From positions 4,572-68,571 of the forward strand of contig NZ_JACSRD010000202.1 of NCBI RefSeq assembly GCF_014879935.1: a DNA stretch of 64,000 bases, written 5' to 3'. The stretch's first letter is position 1; every line of letters starts with the position of its first letter. Source of the stretch: Prosthecobacter sp. (GTDB lineage: Bacteria; Verrucomicrobiota; Verrucomicrobiia; Verrucomicrobiales; Verrucomicrobiaceae). This document shows positions 51,962-60,856 of this stretch, in pieces. The position numbers and the translations under genes were made by a program. The notes under the pieces were generated by a model. That model was given only the letters and a program-made list of their open reading frames with translations. It did no database searches and was not told the DNA's origin.

Positions 51962-53419
51962 GTGGAATTGACCGACAAGAGGGGTGCGGCGCACATTGGG
52001 CGCATCAACCAGACCGCCCATCTTCTTCGCAATGCTGCACTCGTCCTGCTGGCGACCGGACTGGTGTTGCTGCCCGCATCGAACGCGAAGCTGCCAGTTT
52101 CCACGCATGAGACCATCTTATGGATTGTTGCCGGTGCCTTCGTTCTTTGGGCAGCGGCAAGGACGCTCGACTGGGATCCGCCCAAACCTCATGAGCGTGC
52201 TGTGTGGTGGCTGGTTGTGATGATTGAGGTGGCCGGGTGGCTGGTGACTGCCTGTCCCAGGGCGATGATCGAGCGTTCAACAGGGGCTCTCCTGGATCTG
52301 GATCGGGAAGGGTGGCGATCTTTCGGCACGATCGATCAAGCTGCCTCGGTGCCGGCGATGATCTCGATCTCGGTGGCATTGATGGGACTGGTGATGGCGC
52401 TGGATTTCGCCGCCGGAAGGAAGGGAAGGCACATTCTGGCGCTGGCGATGACCATTTCAGGAGCGGCGGCTGCAATCGCCGGCTTGTTCTGGCGGAGTCC
52501 GGCCGATTTGCGCTCGATGTGGCATGTGGCGCAGATTCCGGATTCTGTTTTTGGCTGGTTCTGGTATCACGGCAACGCAGCGGCGTTTCTGAATCTCACC
52601 TGGCCGGCCAGCTTGTGGCTCTGCGCGATCCTGATCCGCAACGGCCTGCGAAGGCCGCTCCAGCAGGTGATGCTTGCCGGCGTGGCGGCGGCGTTGCTGA
52701 CGCAGATCATCGCGGTGTTTGTGAATGTCTCCAAAATGGGTCACCTGATGTTCATCCTGGAGGCTGGCTGGATGATCGTGACGGCTTTGTTGATCTGGCG
52801 GCCGAACGTGGCCGATCTTTTGTTTGGTTTTCGCCGGATCATGGTGAGCGCAGTCATTGCAGCCAGCCTGCTGCTGCTGGGCGCGTGGCTCGGCGGGGCA
52901 GGGGAAGGCATCACGCGGTGGAGTGTCTTCGCCGGGCGTCGATTTGATGACCCCGCCCGTCGTCATGCGGCGGCGATGGCGGTGCAGATCGGCATCGATC
53001 ACGGCTGGCTTGGCGCCGGACCTGGAACGTTCGAATGGGTGTCGCCACACTATTCATCACTCGATTCACTGCTGTCGGGCGGGCACTGGCGGCATGCGCA
53101 CAATGATTACGCCCAGTTGTTTGCCGAATGGGGCTGGCTCGGTGCGGGACTATTGGTGCTTGTGGTGGCATTCCCGGGAAGACATCTGGGCAGAGGCATG
53201 CGCCTCGCGTTCGCACGGAAAATGCGCCGCAGGATGTCGTTTCATCGTCGCAGCGGGCTGGTGTGCTTTTCCGCCGCGTTCATGGCGTTCATGACGCACG
53301 CGGCGGTTGATTTTCCGCTGCAGATCGATGCCACACGTCATCTGTATGCTGTTTTGACAGGACTGCTGCTGGCCATGGCATGTTCTTCGTCAAATGACAG
53401 CGGACCACGCTTCAAGTGA
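51962..53419 (+). CDS. O-antigen-ligase / Wzy_C-family membrane protein
   Basis: Polytopic. GGHWRHAHNDYAQLFAEWGWLGAGLLVLVV is the characteristic loop-plus-TM block. The start is uncertain: the track start is GTG 51962 and there is no nearby in-frame ATG. Confidence 0.75.
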   Translation: MELTDKRGAAHIGRINQTAHLLRNAALVLLATGLVLLPASNAKLPVSTHETILWIVAGAFVLWAAARTLDWDPPKPHERAVWWLVVMIEVAGWLVTACPRAMIERSTGALLDLDREGWRSFGTIDQAASVPAMISISVALMGLVMALDFAAGRKGRHILALAMTISGAAAAIAGLFWRSPADLRSMWHVAQIPDSVFGWFWYHGNAAAFLNLTWPASLWLCAILIRNGLRRPLQQVMLAGVAAALLTQIIAVFVNVSKMGHLMFILEAGWMIVTALLIWRPNVADLLFGFRRIMVSAVIAASLLLLGAWLGGAGEGITRWSVFAGRRFDDPARRHAAAMAVQIGIDHGWLGAGPGTFEWVSPHYSSLDSLLSGGHWRHAHNDYAQLFAEWGWLGAGLLVLVVAFPGRHLGRGMRLAFARKMRRRMSFHRRSGLVCFSAAFMAFMTHAAVDFPLQIDATRHLYAVLTGLLLAMACSSSNDSGPRFK

Positions 53420-53536
53420 AGTGGATGAATGCGATGCGATGTCTTCCTCTTGTCTGAGATCACACTAAGGCATCGCTGACTGGATTCTAAGGCCGCGGTT
53501 TCTAGAAATTATGGACGGCGGAGGGAGCTTGCCATC

Positions 53537-54943
53537 ATGCAAGACGCGCTAAGCCAACGAGTCCGCGGCTGGACCCCCTTCTTCGTCCTCACCGATGTCC
53601 TTTTCCTGTTCGCAGCCTTCATGGCGGCATCTCTGATGTCGTATCTGATTCCGCCGAATCTGGATCAATTCACCCTGGTGCCCGCCGCGAAGGAATGCGT
53701 GGTGCTGTGGGTCAGCATGGCGGCGGTGATCTTCCATGCGGCGGTCTGGCTGCGGGAAGGCTACTACATGCACAAGCTGCTGAACGGCGAGATTTACAAG
53801 ATCAGCCTGTCGCAGTCAGGTTTCACCGCGCTCCTGCTGCTTTTCTACGTGGCGTTGTGGCGCGATGTGGAGATCTCCCGCAAGCTGATCGTGTACCACC
53901 TGGCGTTCAGCGCTCCCTTCCTCTGCGCGGCCAAAATCGTGTTCATCAAGGTGCTGAAGGCCCTCGGCTCACGCATCCAGCCACGACTGCGTGTGGTGGC
54001 GGCATGCGAGCCGCCCTCGGTGGAGTCAATGCGCTCGTGGTTCGCGAACAAACGCATGCTCGGCATCAAACTGTGCGATGTGATCTGCCCGGAGCACAAG
54101 ATCGAGGACATCCGCAGCCTCGAACGCCGCCTGGAGGAGGCGATTGTGCGCGAGCGGCCGAATCTCGTGATCTGGCGCATGCCCACCAATGCACTGCGCA
54201 CAGAACGGGTGCGTGAAATGGCCGAGTCGCATGGGGCGCATCTGGCGGTGGACCTTCAGCCGATCCTTGGCGAGCTGACTCCCACCCACGTGTTTGAGTA
54301 TTCCACCATGAAGCTGGTGAGCCTGCACAAGCATCCGCTCGTCAATCCATCACATCGCTTCCTGAAGCGTGTGCTGGACGTCGCAGTGAGCCTTCCTGTG
54401 GTGTTGTTTGTCCTGCCGCTGCTGTGCGCGGGAGTGTGGATGCTTCATCGCTTGTTCTCCCCCGGCCCTCTGTTCTTCAAGCAGTCGCGCTCAGGTGCCG
54501 ACGGCCAGATGTTCCAGATCCTCAAGTTCCGCACGATGGCGGTCAATCACGGCTCCGAGAGCGTCCAGGCACGGCCGAACGACAAGCGTGTCTTCAAAGG
54601 CGGCGCCTTGCTGCGGAAGCTCAGCATCGACGAGATGCCACAGTTCCTGAACGTGTTCCTGGGGGACATGTCCGTGGTCGGGCCTCGTCCGCACATGGTC
54701 GAGCATGATGCGATTTTCGCGATGGAATGCAGCCAGTATCCGCTGCGCCACACGGTGAAGCCGGGTGTCACCGGCCTCGCCCAGGTGCGCGGTCATCGCG
54801 GGCCGATCGATGGAGCCGAGGAGATCAAACATCGCGTCACTTCCGACATCGAGTACTGCCAGAACTGGTCCTTCCTGCTCGATGTGGCGATCATCGCCCG
54901 CACCTTCCTGCACGTTTTCTCCTTTCATGCGAAGTCGTGCTGA
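53537..54943 (+). CDS. Large (WbaP-type) polyprenyl-phosphate phosphoglycosyl transferase
   Basis: N-terminal TM bundle, a central Rossmann-like region, and a complete C-terminal sugar-transferase domain: RVLDVAVSLPVVLFVLPLL..GPLFFKQSRSGADGQMFQILKFRTM..KLSIDEMPQFLNVFLGDMSVVGPRPH..KPGVTGLAQV. Confidence 0.9.
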   Translation: MQDALSQRVRGWTPFFVLTDVLFLFAAFMAASLMSYLIPPNLDQFTLVPAAKECVVLWVSMAAVIFHAAVWLREGYYMHKLLNGEIYKISLSQSGFTALLLLFYVALWRDVEISRKLIVYHLAFSAPFLCAAKIVFIKVLKALGSRIQPRLRVVAACEPPSVESMRSWFANKRMLGIKLCDVICPEHKIEDIRSLERRLEEAIVRERPNLVIWRMPTNALRTERVREMAESHGAHLAVDLQPILGELTPTHVFEYSTMKLVSLHKHPLVNPSHRFLKRVLDVAVSLPVVLFVLPLLCAGVWMLHRLFSPGPLFFKQSRSGADGQMFQILKFRTMAVNHGSESVQARPNDKRVFKGGALLRKLSIDEMPQFLNVFLGDMSVVGPRPHMVEHDAIFAMECSQYPLRHTVKPGVTGLAQVRGHRGPIDGAEEIKHRVTSDIEYCQNWSFLLDVAIIARTFLHVFSFHAKSC

Positions 54944-54954
54944 GCGGATGCCTG

Positions 54955-56196
54955 TCAGGCCGTTGGACGGAGATATTCGTTGATCACGCGGTCGAGTTCA
55001 CGAATGCCGAACGGTTTGTTCAGATAGTCTGTGGCGCCCGCATCGAGGCACTCCTGCTTGTCGCCTGAATCGACGATGCCTGAGAGGCTGATGATGGTGG
55101 CATTCCCGAGTTGCGAGTCTTCGGAAGAGCGAATCTCACGAATCGCCGCCAGCCCGTCCATCACCGGCATGCGGACATCCATCAGGATGAGATCCGGCCG
55201 ATGAGCCGCCGTGAGGTCCACGGCTTCGCGTCCGTCACGAGCGACGATGATCTTGAAACCGAGGCTCTCCAGGTAGCTGCTGACCACCGTGATCAAAGCC
55301 TGCTGATCGTCGGCGATGAGGATCGTGGGAGTCCCGGCGGCATGGGCATGAGCTTCCTGGGACGAGGAAATCGGATGTCCGGTGCTTCCCGCCGGCGGTG
55401 ACAGCGGCGGAAGGATTTCCACGGGCAAATGAATCGTGATGCCGGCGATCTGGCCGGCCTCCTCCGACATGGTGATGGTGCCGTTGAGAAGGCACACCGC
55501 CCGATGCAGCAGCGCTGTTCCAACCGGCTTCACTTTGCGCAGGCGCTCCAACCAGGGTGTGGACGCGCCCGCCCCATCACCGATGATGACATGAGCGGCA
55601 CAAGAGGCGGGGATCGGCCGGCGGATCGCCTCAAGGCACAACCCTTGGGATTCCCCGCTGATCGTCAGCAACACCTGGCTGCCTGTGGGAAAGGTCAGCA
55701 CCGCGGCGGAAAGCGTCTCCGTGATGATCTGCCGCAGCCGGCGTGCGTCGGCCTTCACGCGCAATCCGGGCTTGATGTCAGTCTGCACCTCCACCGAACG
55801 CGAACGGGCCAGGTCGAGCGCGGGAGGAAGGCTCTGCGCGCAAACATCAGACATCACACAGGCGTCCGGGTTCAGCGCAGGCTCATCGGCTTCCATCTTG
55901 AACAAGTCGATCGTGTCGGCGAGCAGATGAAGCATCTGGCGTGCGCTCTCCTGCACGGACGACAGAGCGCTTTGCTGGGCGCTTTCGAGAGAGCCGTGGA
56001 CGCCCTCCATGAGAATCTCCACCTGGGCGATGATGGTGGTGAGGGGATTGCGAAGCTCATGGCCGACGTTGGCGAGAAACTCATGCCTGTCCGCGCCCTG
56101 GCATTTGAGCGGTGGAGACTTGGGGTTCATTGGCAGGGGAAAGGACGCTTCATCCAGAGCTAAATGTTCATTCATTATCACGCTTGAGCACTTCAA
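54955..56196 (-). CDS. Hybrid histidine-kinase-like protein: intact HisKA, degenerate ATP-binding domain, C-terminal receiver
   Basis: HisKA: FLANVGHELRNPLTTIIAQVEIL. The kinase-core region lacks recognisable N and G boxes (ETLSAAVLTF, IIGDGAGAS, VGTALLHRAV). REC: ILIADDQQALITVV..LILMDVRMPVMDGLAAIREIR..YLNKPF. The track start is TTG 56196; the first ATG is 56175. Confidence 0.75.
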   Translation of the reverse strand: MKCSSVIMNEHLALDEASFPLPMNPKSPPLKCQGADRHEFLANVGHELRNPLTTIIAQVEILMEGVHGSLESAQQSALSSVQESARQMLHLLADTIDLFKMEADEPALNPDACVMSDVCAQSLPPALDLARSRSVEVQTDIKPGLRVKADARRLRQIITETLSAAVLTFPTGSQVLLTISGESQGLCLEAIRRPIPASCAAHVIIGDGAGASTPWLERLRKVKPVGTALLHRAVCLLNGTITMSEEAGQIAGITIHLPVEILPPLSPPAGSTGHPISSSQEAHAHAAGTPTILIADDQQALITVVSSYLESLGFKIIVARDGREAVDLTAAHRPDLILMDVRMPVMDGLAAIREIRSSEDSQLGNATIISLSGIVDSGDKQECLDAGATDYLNKPFGIRELDRVINEYLRPTA

Positions 56197-56257
56197 CGCT
56201 CAGATTTGCTGTATGGTACTGAACATTTCATCACAACAAGAAACCAACGAGCGCTTC

Positions 56258-56692
56258 ATGCAGCAGGCCCATTCGTCTTCCAACGTGGCGAGCCAGACCG
56301 GACAACACTCCGGGCGGGCGAAGTCGATTTTGGTGGTGGAGGATCATGAAGTCTATCGCAACGTCGTGCGCACCGCCCTGCTGGCACGTCTGCCGGAGTT
56401 CAAGGTATTGGAGGCGGGCAGCGTTGCCTCAGCGCTCGCGGTTCTGGAGGGCGGGGAGATCGCCCTCATGCTGGTGGACATGACCCTGCCGGACGGTTCC
56501 GCCGTCGATCTGGTGCAAAACGCGCAAGCGTTCACACAGCAGGGGCTGAAGACGATTGTCTTCAGCAATCACTCCAGCGCCGACATGATGCCGGTGCTCA
56601 GCCGCGATGATGTCCACGGCTACGTGCCGAAGGAGGCAGGCCTGAAGGCGCTCGCGGACGCAGTTTCAAAGACCCTTCAAATCAGCTTTTGA
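56258..56692 (+). CDS. Single-domain (CheY-like) response regulator
   Basis: ILVVEDHEVYRNVV..LMLVDMTLPDGSAVDLV..IVFSNH..GYVPKE. Start re-set to ATG 56258; ATG 56213 is an alternative. The track ORF begins inside the divergent gene. Confidence 0.8.
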   Translation: MQQAHSSSNVASQTGQHSGRAKSILVVEDHEVYRNVVRTALLARLPEFKVLEAGSVASALAVLEGGEIALMLVDMTLPDGSAVDLVQNAQAFTQQGLKTIVFSNHSSADMMPVLSRDDVHGYVPKEAGLKALADAVSKTLQISF

Positions 56693-56695
56693 GAT

Positions 56696-59600
56696 ATGGC
56701 CTTTTCCGAAACCATGACCACTCCCACAGCGCTCGATGCCGGCGCAGACGCCCGTGAAAGCTGGTTCAAGGGCGTCTTCGAGTGCCTCAATGATGCGGTG
56801 TTCATCCACGACATGGCGACCGGCGCGATCCTGGCCGCCAATCAACGCGCCTGCGAGATGTACGAGTGCGAGGTGGCCAGCCTGTGCACCCACACCGTCG
56901 CCGACATCAGCGCGAACATGCCGCCCTACACGCAGGAGGAGGCCCGCGCCTGGATGGAACGGGCGGTGAGCGAGGGACCGCAGCTTTTCGAGTGGCAGGC
57001 CCGTTCCTGCGCCGGACGCACGTTCTGGGTGGAGGTGAACATGCGCAAGGCGGCCATTCTCGGCATGGACCGGATCGTGGTGGTGGTGCGTGACATTTCG
57101 AAGCGCAAAATGGCCGAGAACGAACTGCGGCGGAGCGAGGAGCGGTTCCGGGCCGTGCTGGGCAACTCAAAGGACCCCGTCTATTGCCTGAGCCTGCCAT
57201 CACTCAACTACGACTACATCAGTCCGGCTGTGGAGCAGGTGCTGGGCTTCAGCATGGACGAGTGCATCGACGGCGGCGTCCGTTTCATGCTGTCCCGCAT
57301 CCATCCCGAAGATTTCGCGGCCAAACGCGAACGTCTGGAGCAGGCGATCGGAGGTGACATCGGCGGAGACTTCCATCCCGTGCTTGAATACCGGTTCCGT
57401 CACAAGAACCAGGGCTACCGCTGGATCAGCGATTATCGCTCGCTCGTCCGGGACAACGAAGGCAAGCCGGTGGCCATCATCGGAAACCTGCGTGACTTCA
57501 CCGCCCGGCGGGAGCAGGAGGACGCGCTGCAGCATCAGACACACGCGGCGCTGCTGTTTCACCTGGAGAGCACCTCGCTGGCGCTGGTCGAATACGATCC
57601 ACAGGGCCGCATCTGCAACTGGTCGCCTCAGGCGGAGAAAGTGTTCGGATGGAAGGAGACGGATGTCATGGGGCGCTCGCTTACCGATTGGAAGTTCGCG
57701 CATCCCGACGATCTGCCGCGGGTGGAAAGCACCTTCAGCCGGCTGATCGACCGCTCCGAGGACCGCAACACCTGCGTGAACCGCAATTTCACCAGCGACG
57801 GCCGCCTGATCGTCTGCGAGTGGCACAATTCGGTGCTGCTGAGCGAGCAAGGTGAGATCCAGTCGATCCTGTCGCTGGCTTCCGACATCACGGTGGAGAA
57901 AAAGGTCGAGGAAGCGCTGCGTGCCATGGCTGAAGGGGGGGATCCGCGCAGTGGCGAGACGTTTTTCCAGTCAGTGTGCCTGCAACTGGCCCGCGCGGCG
58001 GAGGCACGCTATGCCATCGTTGCCATGATGGTCTCGGAGCGTGACCGGATGGTCAGGACGCTGGGATTTTGCGCGGACGGCAAGATCCAGCCCAACCGCG
58101 ACATCTCACTGATGGCATCCCCGTGTTACAACGTGTCCACCGGCGACGTGTGTTACTACGACCGCAACGTCGCGGAGCATTTCCCCGGCGACCGCCTGAT
58201 TGAGGAACTCGGAGCGACCAGTTTCATGGGCGTGCCCCTGCATGCCACGGACGGCCGCGTGATCGGCATGATCGCCGTGTTTGGCGACCAGTCGCTGGAC
58301 CGTCGCGACCGGCTTCAGGCGATGTTCCAGCTCTTCGCGGTGAGAGCGGCTGCCGAGCTCGAGCGTCACCAGGCCGAAATGGCCCTGCGGAAGAGTGAGG
58401 AACGCTATTCACTGGCCGCCAGCGGCTCCACCGGGGGTGTGTGGGATTGGGACATCCGCACGGGTGGCGTTTACTACTCGCCGCGGTTCCGCGAACTGCT
58501 CGGTTACACCCAGGAGGAGTTTCCCAGCCTGTTTTTCTCCTGGGAACAGAAGATGCACCCGGAAGACCTTCCGTTGTTGCGGGCCGCATTGGAGGACCAT
58601 CTGGAGAAACGCGAGACATTCTGTGTGGAATACCGCATCCAGGTGAAATCCGGCGCCTATCGCTGGTTTGAGGCGCGTGGACAGGCGCTGTGGGACCAGT
58701 TTGGCGAGCCTTATCGCATGGCCGGATCAGCGCTCGACATTCACGAGCGCAAACAAGACGAGCAGCGTTTGCTCCGCCTCAACAGGCTGTACGCGATGTC
58801 GAGCACCATCAACGAGGCGATCGTGCGCATCCGCAATCCGCAGGAGCTTTATGAAACGGCGGTGACGATCGCCGTCGAAAAGGGCAACATGCGCATGGCG
58901 TGGATCGGCCTGCATGTGGAGGAGACGGGAGAACTGAAGCCCGTGGCCTGCGCAGGCGACTTCCAGGGGTATCTGGAGGGGCTGGTGCTGACCACGCGTG
59001 AGGATGACCCGTCGGGCTGCGGGCCCGGTGGCCGTGCCTTCCGCAGCGGGGTGCATTCGATTTCGAACGACATCGGAAACGATCCCACCTTCTACTACCG
59101 GGAGAGGGCGTTGCAGCGCGGTTTCCACTCCTGCGCGGCCTTTCCGCTGAAGCCGGAGGGGAAGCCGCTGGGAGTGCTGATGATCTACGCCGATGCCTGC
59201 GACTACTTCCAGGAGGATGAGGTGCGGGTGTTGTGCGCACTGGCGGACGACCTCACTTTTGCCCTCGAAACGGCCGCCAAGGCCGAGGAACGGCAACGAA
59301 TCGTCGAAGCGCTGCGTGAAAACGAGCGCATGGTCTCCACGCTCATGGGAAACCTGCCCGGAGCGGCCTATCGCGGCCGGCTCGATGAGAAGTGGACGCT
59401 GGATTTCATCAGCGAGGGCTGCCTGGAGCTCACAGGCTACGAGCCGGAGGCGTTTGCCGGGAAAGGGGATGTGTTCTTCGGTGATCTCATCCATCCCGAG
59501 GACCGCGATCATGTGCGCAAGATCGTCCAGGAAGCCACGGCCGCTGGAACACGCTTCGAGATGACCTACCGCATTCGTACGGCCGATGGCTCGATCAAAT

Positions 59601-60850
59601 GGATCTGGGAGCGTGGCCAGGGCATTCCTGCTGAGAACGGCCGGGTCGAGTTCGTGGAAGGCTTCATGGCGGATGTGACGGAGAAGCGGCGCATGGAGTC
59701 GCAGTTCCTGCGTGCGCAGCGCATGGAGAGCATCGGCACGCTGGCTGGCGGCGTGGCGCATGACTTGAACAACGTGCTGACGCCGATCCTGATGTCGCTG
59801 ACCATCCTGCGGATGAAGCTGACGCAGCCACGTGACGTGGATCTGCTGAACGCGATGGAGAACAGCGCCAACCGCGGCGCTGAGATGGTGCGTCAGATCC
59901 TTGGCTTCGCACGTGGCGTGGAGGGGCGCAGGCTGCCGCTGCGGCCGAAGGACGTGCTGCAGGAGATCGAAAGCCTGCTGCTGGAGACTTTCCCGAAAAA
60001 CATCCGCTGCAGCGTGGTGCGCCCGCCGGATTCCTGGAACGTGGAGGGTGATCCCACGCAACTCCACCAGGTCCTGTTGAACCTTTGCGTGAATGCCCGC
60101 GATGCGATGCCGGATGGCGGCGAGCTGGTGGTCTCCGCGTCAAACGTGGTGGTGGACGCGCAGTTTGTGAGCATGCACCCAGATGCCAGGGCGGGTGAGC
60201 ATGTGATGTTCGAGGTGAAGGACACCGGCACTGGCATTCCCGCGGAAGTGCGGGAGAGAATCTTCGATCCGTTCTTCACGACGAAGGAACTCGGCAAAGG
60301 CACGGGTTTGGGGCTGTCCACGACCTTGGGAATCGTCAAATCGCATCATGGTTTCATCGATCTGACCTCCCGCGTGGGCAAAGGCTCCGCGTTCCGCATC
60401 TATCTGCCAGCGAAGACGGGCGTGTCGGAGCCGGTCGTGCAGACCCCCGAGTCCTCCCGTCGTCTGGGGCAGGGCGAATTGATCCTCGTCGTGGATGATG
60501 AGGCCGCGATTCTCACCGCCACGAGCCACACGCTGGAGGCCTTTGGATACCAGGTCATCACGGCCTGCGACGGCACGGATGCCATCGCCACTTTCCTCAA
60601 GAATCCGAACAAACCGGTGCTGGTGATCACGGACATGATGATGCCGAACATGGACGGGCCGGCGCTGATCCAGGCTCTGCGAAAAATCGAACCCGGGCTG
60701 CCGATCATCGGCGCGAGCGGACTCAACCAGCAGATGCAGGCACAGGTGACGAGCCTGGGCGTGCGCCACTTCCTGCGCAAACCCTACAGCGCCGACACGC
60801 TGCTCCATGCCATCGGCGATTTGCTGAAGCCTGCCGCCGCCAAGGTCTGA
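56696..60850 (+). CDS. Multi-PAS/GAF hybrid sensor histidine kinase with a C-terminal receiver
   Basis: Several PAS units (..FECLNDAVFIHDM.., ..YRWISDYRSLVRDNEGKPVAIIG.., ..GVWDWDIRTGGVYYSPRFRELLGY..YRWFEARGQALWD.., ..IKWIWERGQGI..) and two GAF-like regions. Phosphoacceptor block: RMESIGTLAGGVAHDLNNVLTPI. HATPase: LNLCVNARDAM, VKDTGTGI, GTGLGLSTTLGIV. REC: LILVVDDEAAIL..LVITDMMMPNMDG. Confidence 0.9.
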   Translation: MAFSETMTTPTALDAGADARESWFKGVFECLNDAVFIHDMATGAILAANQRACEMYECEVASLCTHTVADISANMPPYTQEEARAWMERAVSEGPQLFEWQARSCAGRTFWVEVNMRKAAILGMDRIVVVVRDISKRKMAENELRRSEERFRAVLGNSKDPVYCLSLPSLNYDYISPAVEQVLGFSMDECIDGGVRFMLSRIHPEDFAAKRERLEQAIGGDIGGDFHPVLEYRFRHKNQGYRWISDYRSLVRDNEGKPVAIIGNLRDFTARREQEDALQHQTHAALLFHLESTSLALVEYDPQGRICNWSPQAEKVFGWKETDVMGRSLTDWKFAHPDDLPRVESTFSRLIDRSEDRNTCVNRNFTSDGRLIVCEWHNSVLLSEQGEIQSILSLASDITVEKKVEEALRAMAEGGDPRSGETFFQSVCLQLARAAEARYAIVAMMVSERDRMVRTLGFCADGKIQPNRDISLMASPCYNVSTGDVCYYDRNVAEHFPGDRLIEELGATSFMGVPLHATDGRVIGMIAVFGDQSLDRRDRLQAMFQLFAVRAAAELERHQAEMALRKSEERYSLAASGSTGGVWDWDIRTGGVYYSPRFRELLGYTQEEFPSLFFSWEQKMHPEDLPLLRAALEDHLEKRETFCVEYRIQVKSGAYRWFEARGQALWDQFGEPYRMAGSALDIHERKQDEQRLLRLNRLYAMSSTINEAIVRIRNPQELYETAVTIAVEKGNMRMAWIGLHVEETGELKPVACAGDFQGYLEGLVLTTREDDPSGCGPGGRAFRSGVHSISNDIGNDPTFYYRERALQRGFHSCAAFPLKPEGKPLGVLMIYADACDYFQEDEVRVLCALADDLTFALETAAKAEERQRIVEALRENERMVSTLMGNLPGAAYRGRLDEKWTLDFISEGCLELTGYEPEAFAGKGDVFFGDLIHPEDRDHVRKIVQEATAAGTRFEMTYRIRTADGSIKWIWERGQGIPAENGRVEFVEGFMADVTEKRRMESQFLRAQRMESIGTLAGGVAHDLNNVLTPILMSLTILRMKLTQPRDVDLLNAMENSANRGAEMVRQILGFARGVEGRRLPLRPKDVLQEIESLLLETFPKNIRCSVVRPPDSWNVEGDPTQLHQVLLNLCVNARDAMPDGGELVVSASNVVVDAQFVSMHPDARAGEHVMFEVKDTGTGIPAEVRERIFDPFFTTKELGKGTGLGLSTTLGIVKSHHGFIDLTSRVGKGSAFRIYLPAKTGVSEPVVQTPESSRRLGQGELILVVDDEAAILTATSHTLEAFGYQVITACDGTDAIATFLKNPNKPVLVITDMMMPNMDGPALIQALRKIEPGLPIIGASGLNQQMQAQVTSLGVRHFLRKPYSADTLLHAIGDLLKPAAAKV

Positions 60851-60856
60851 GCAGGC

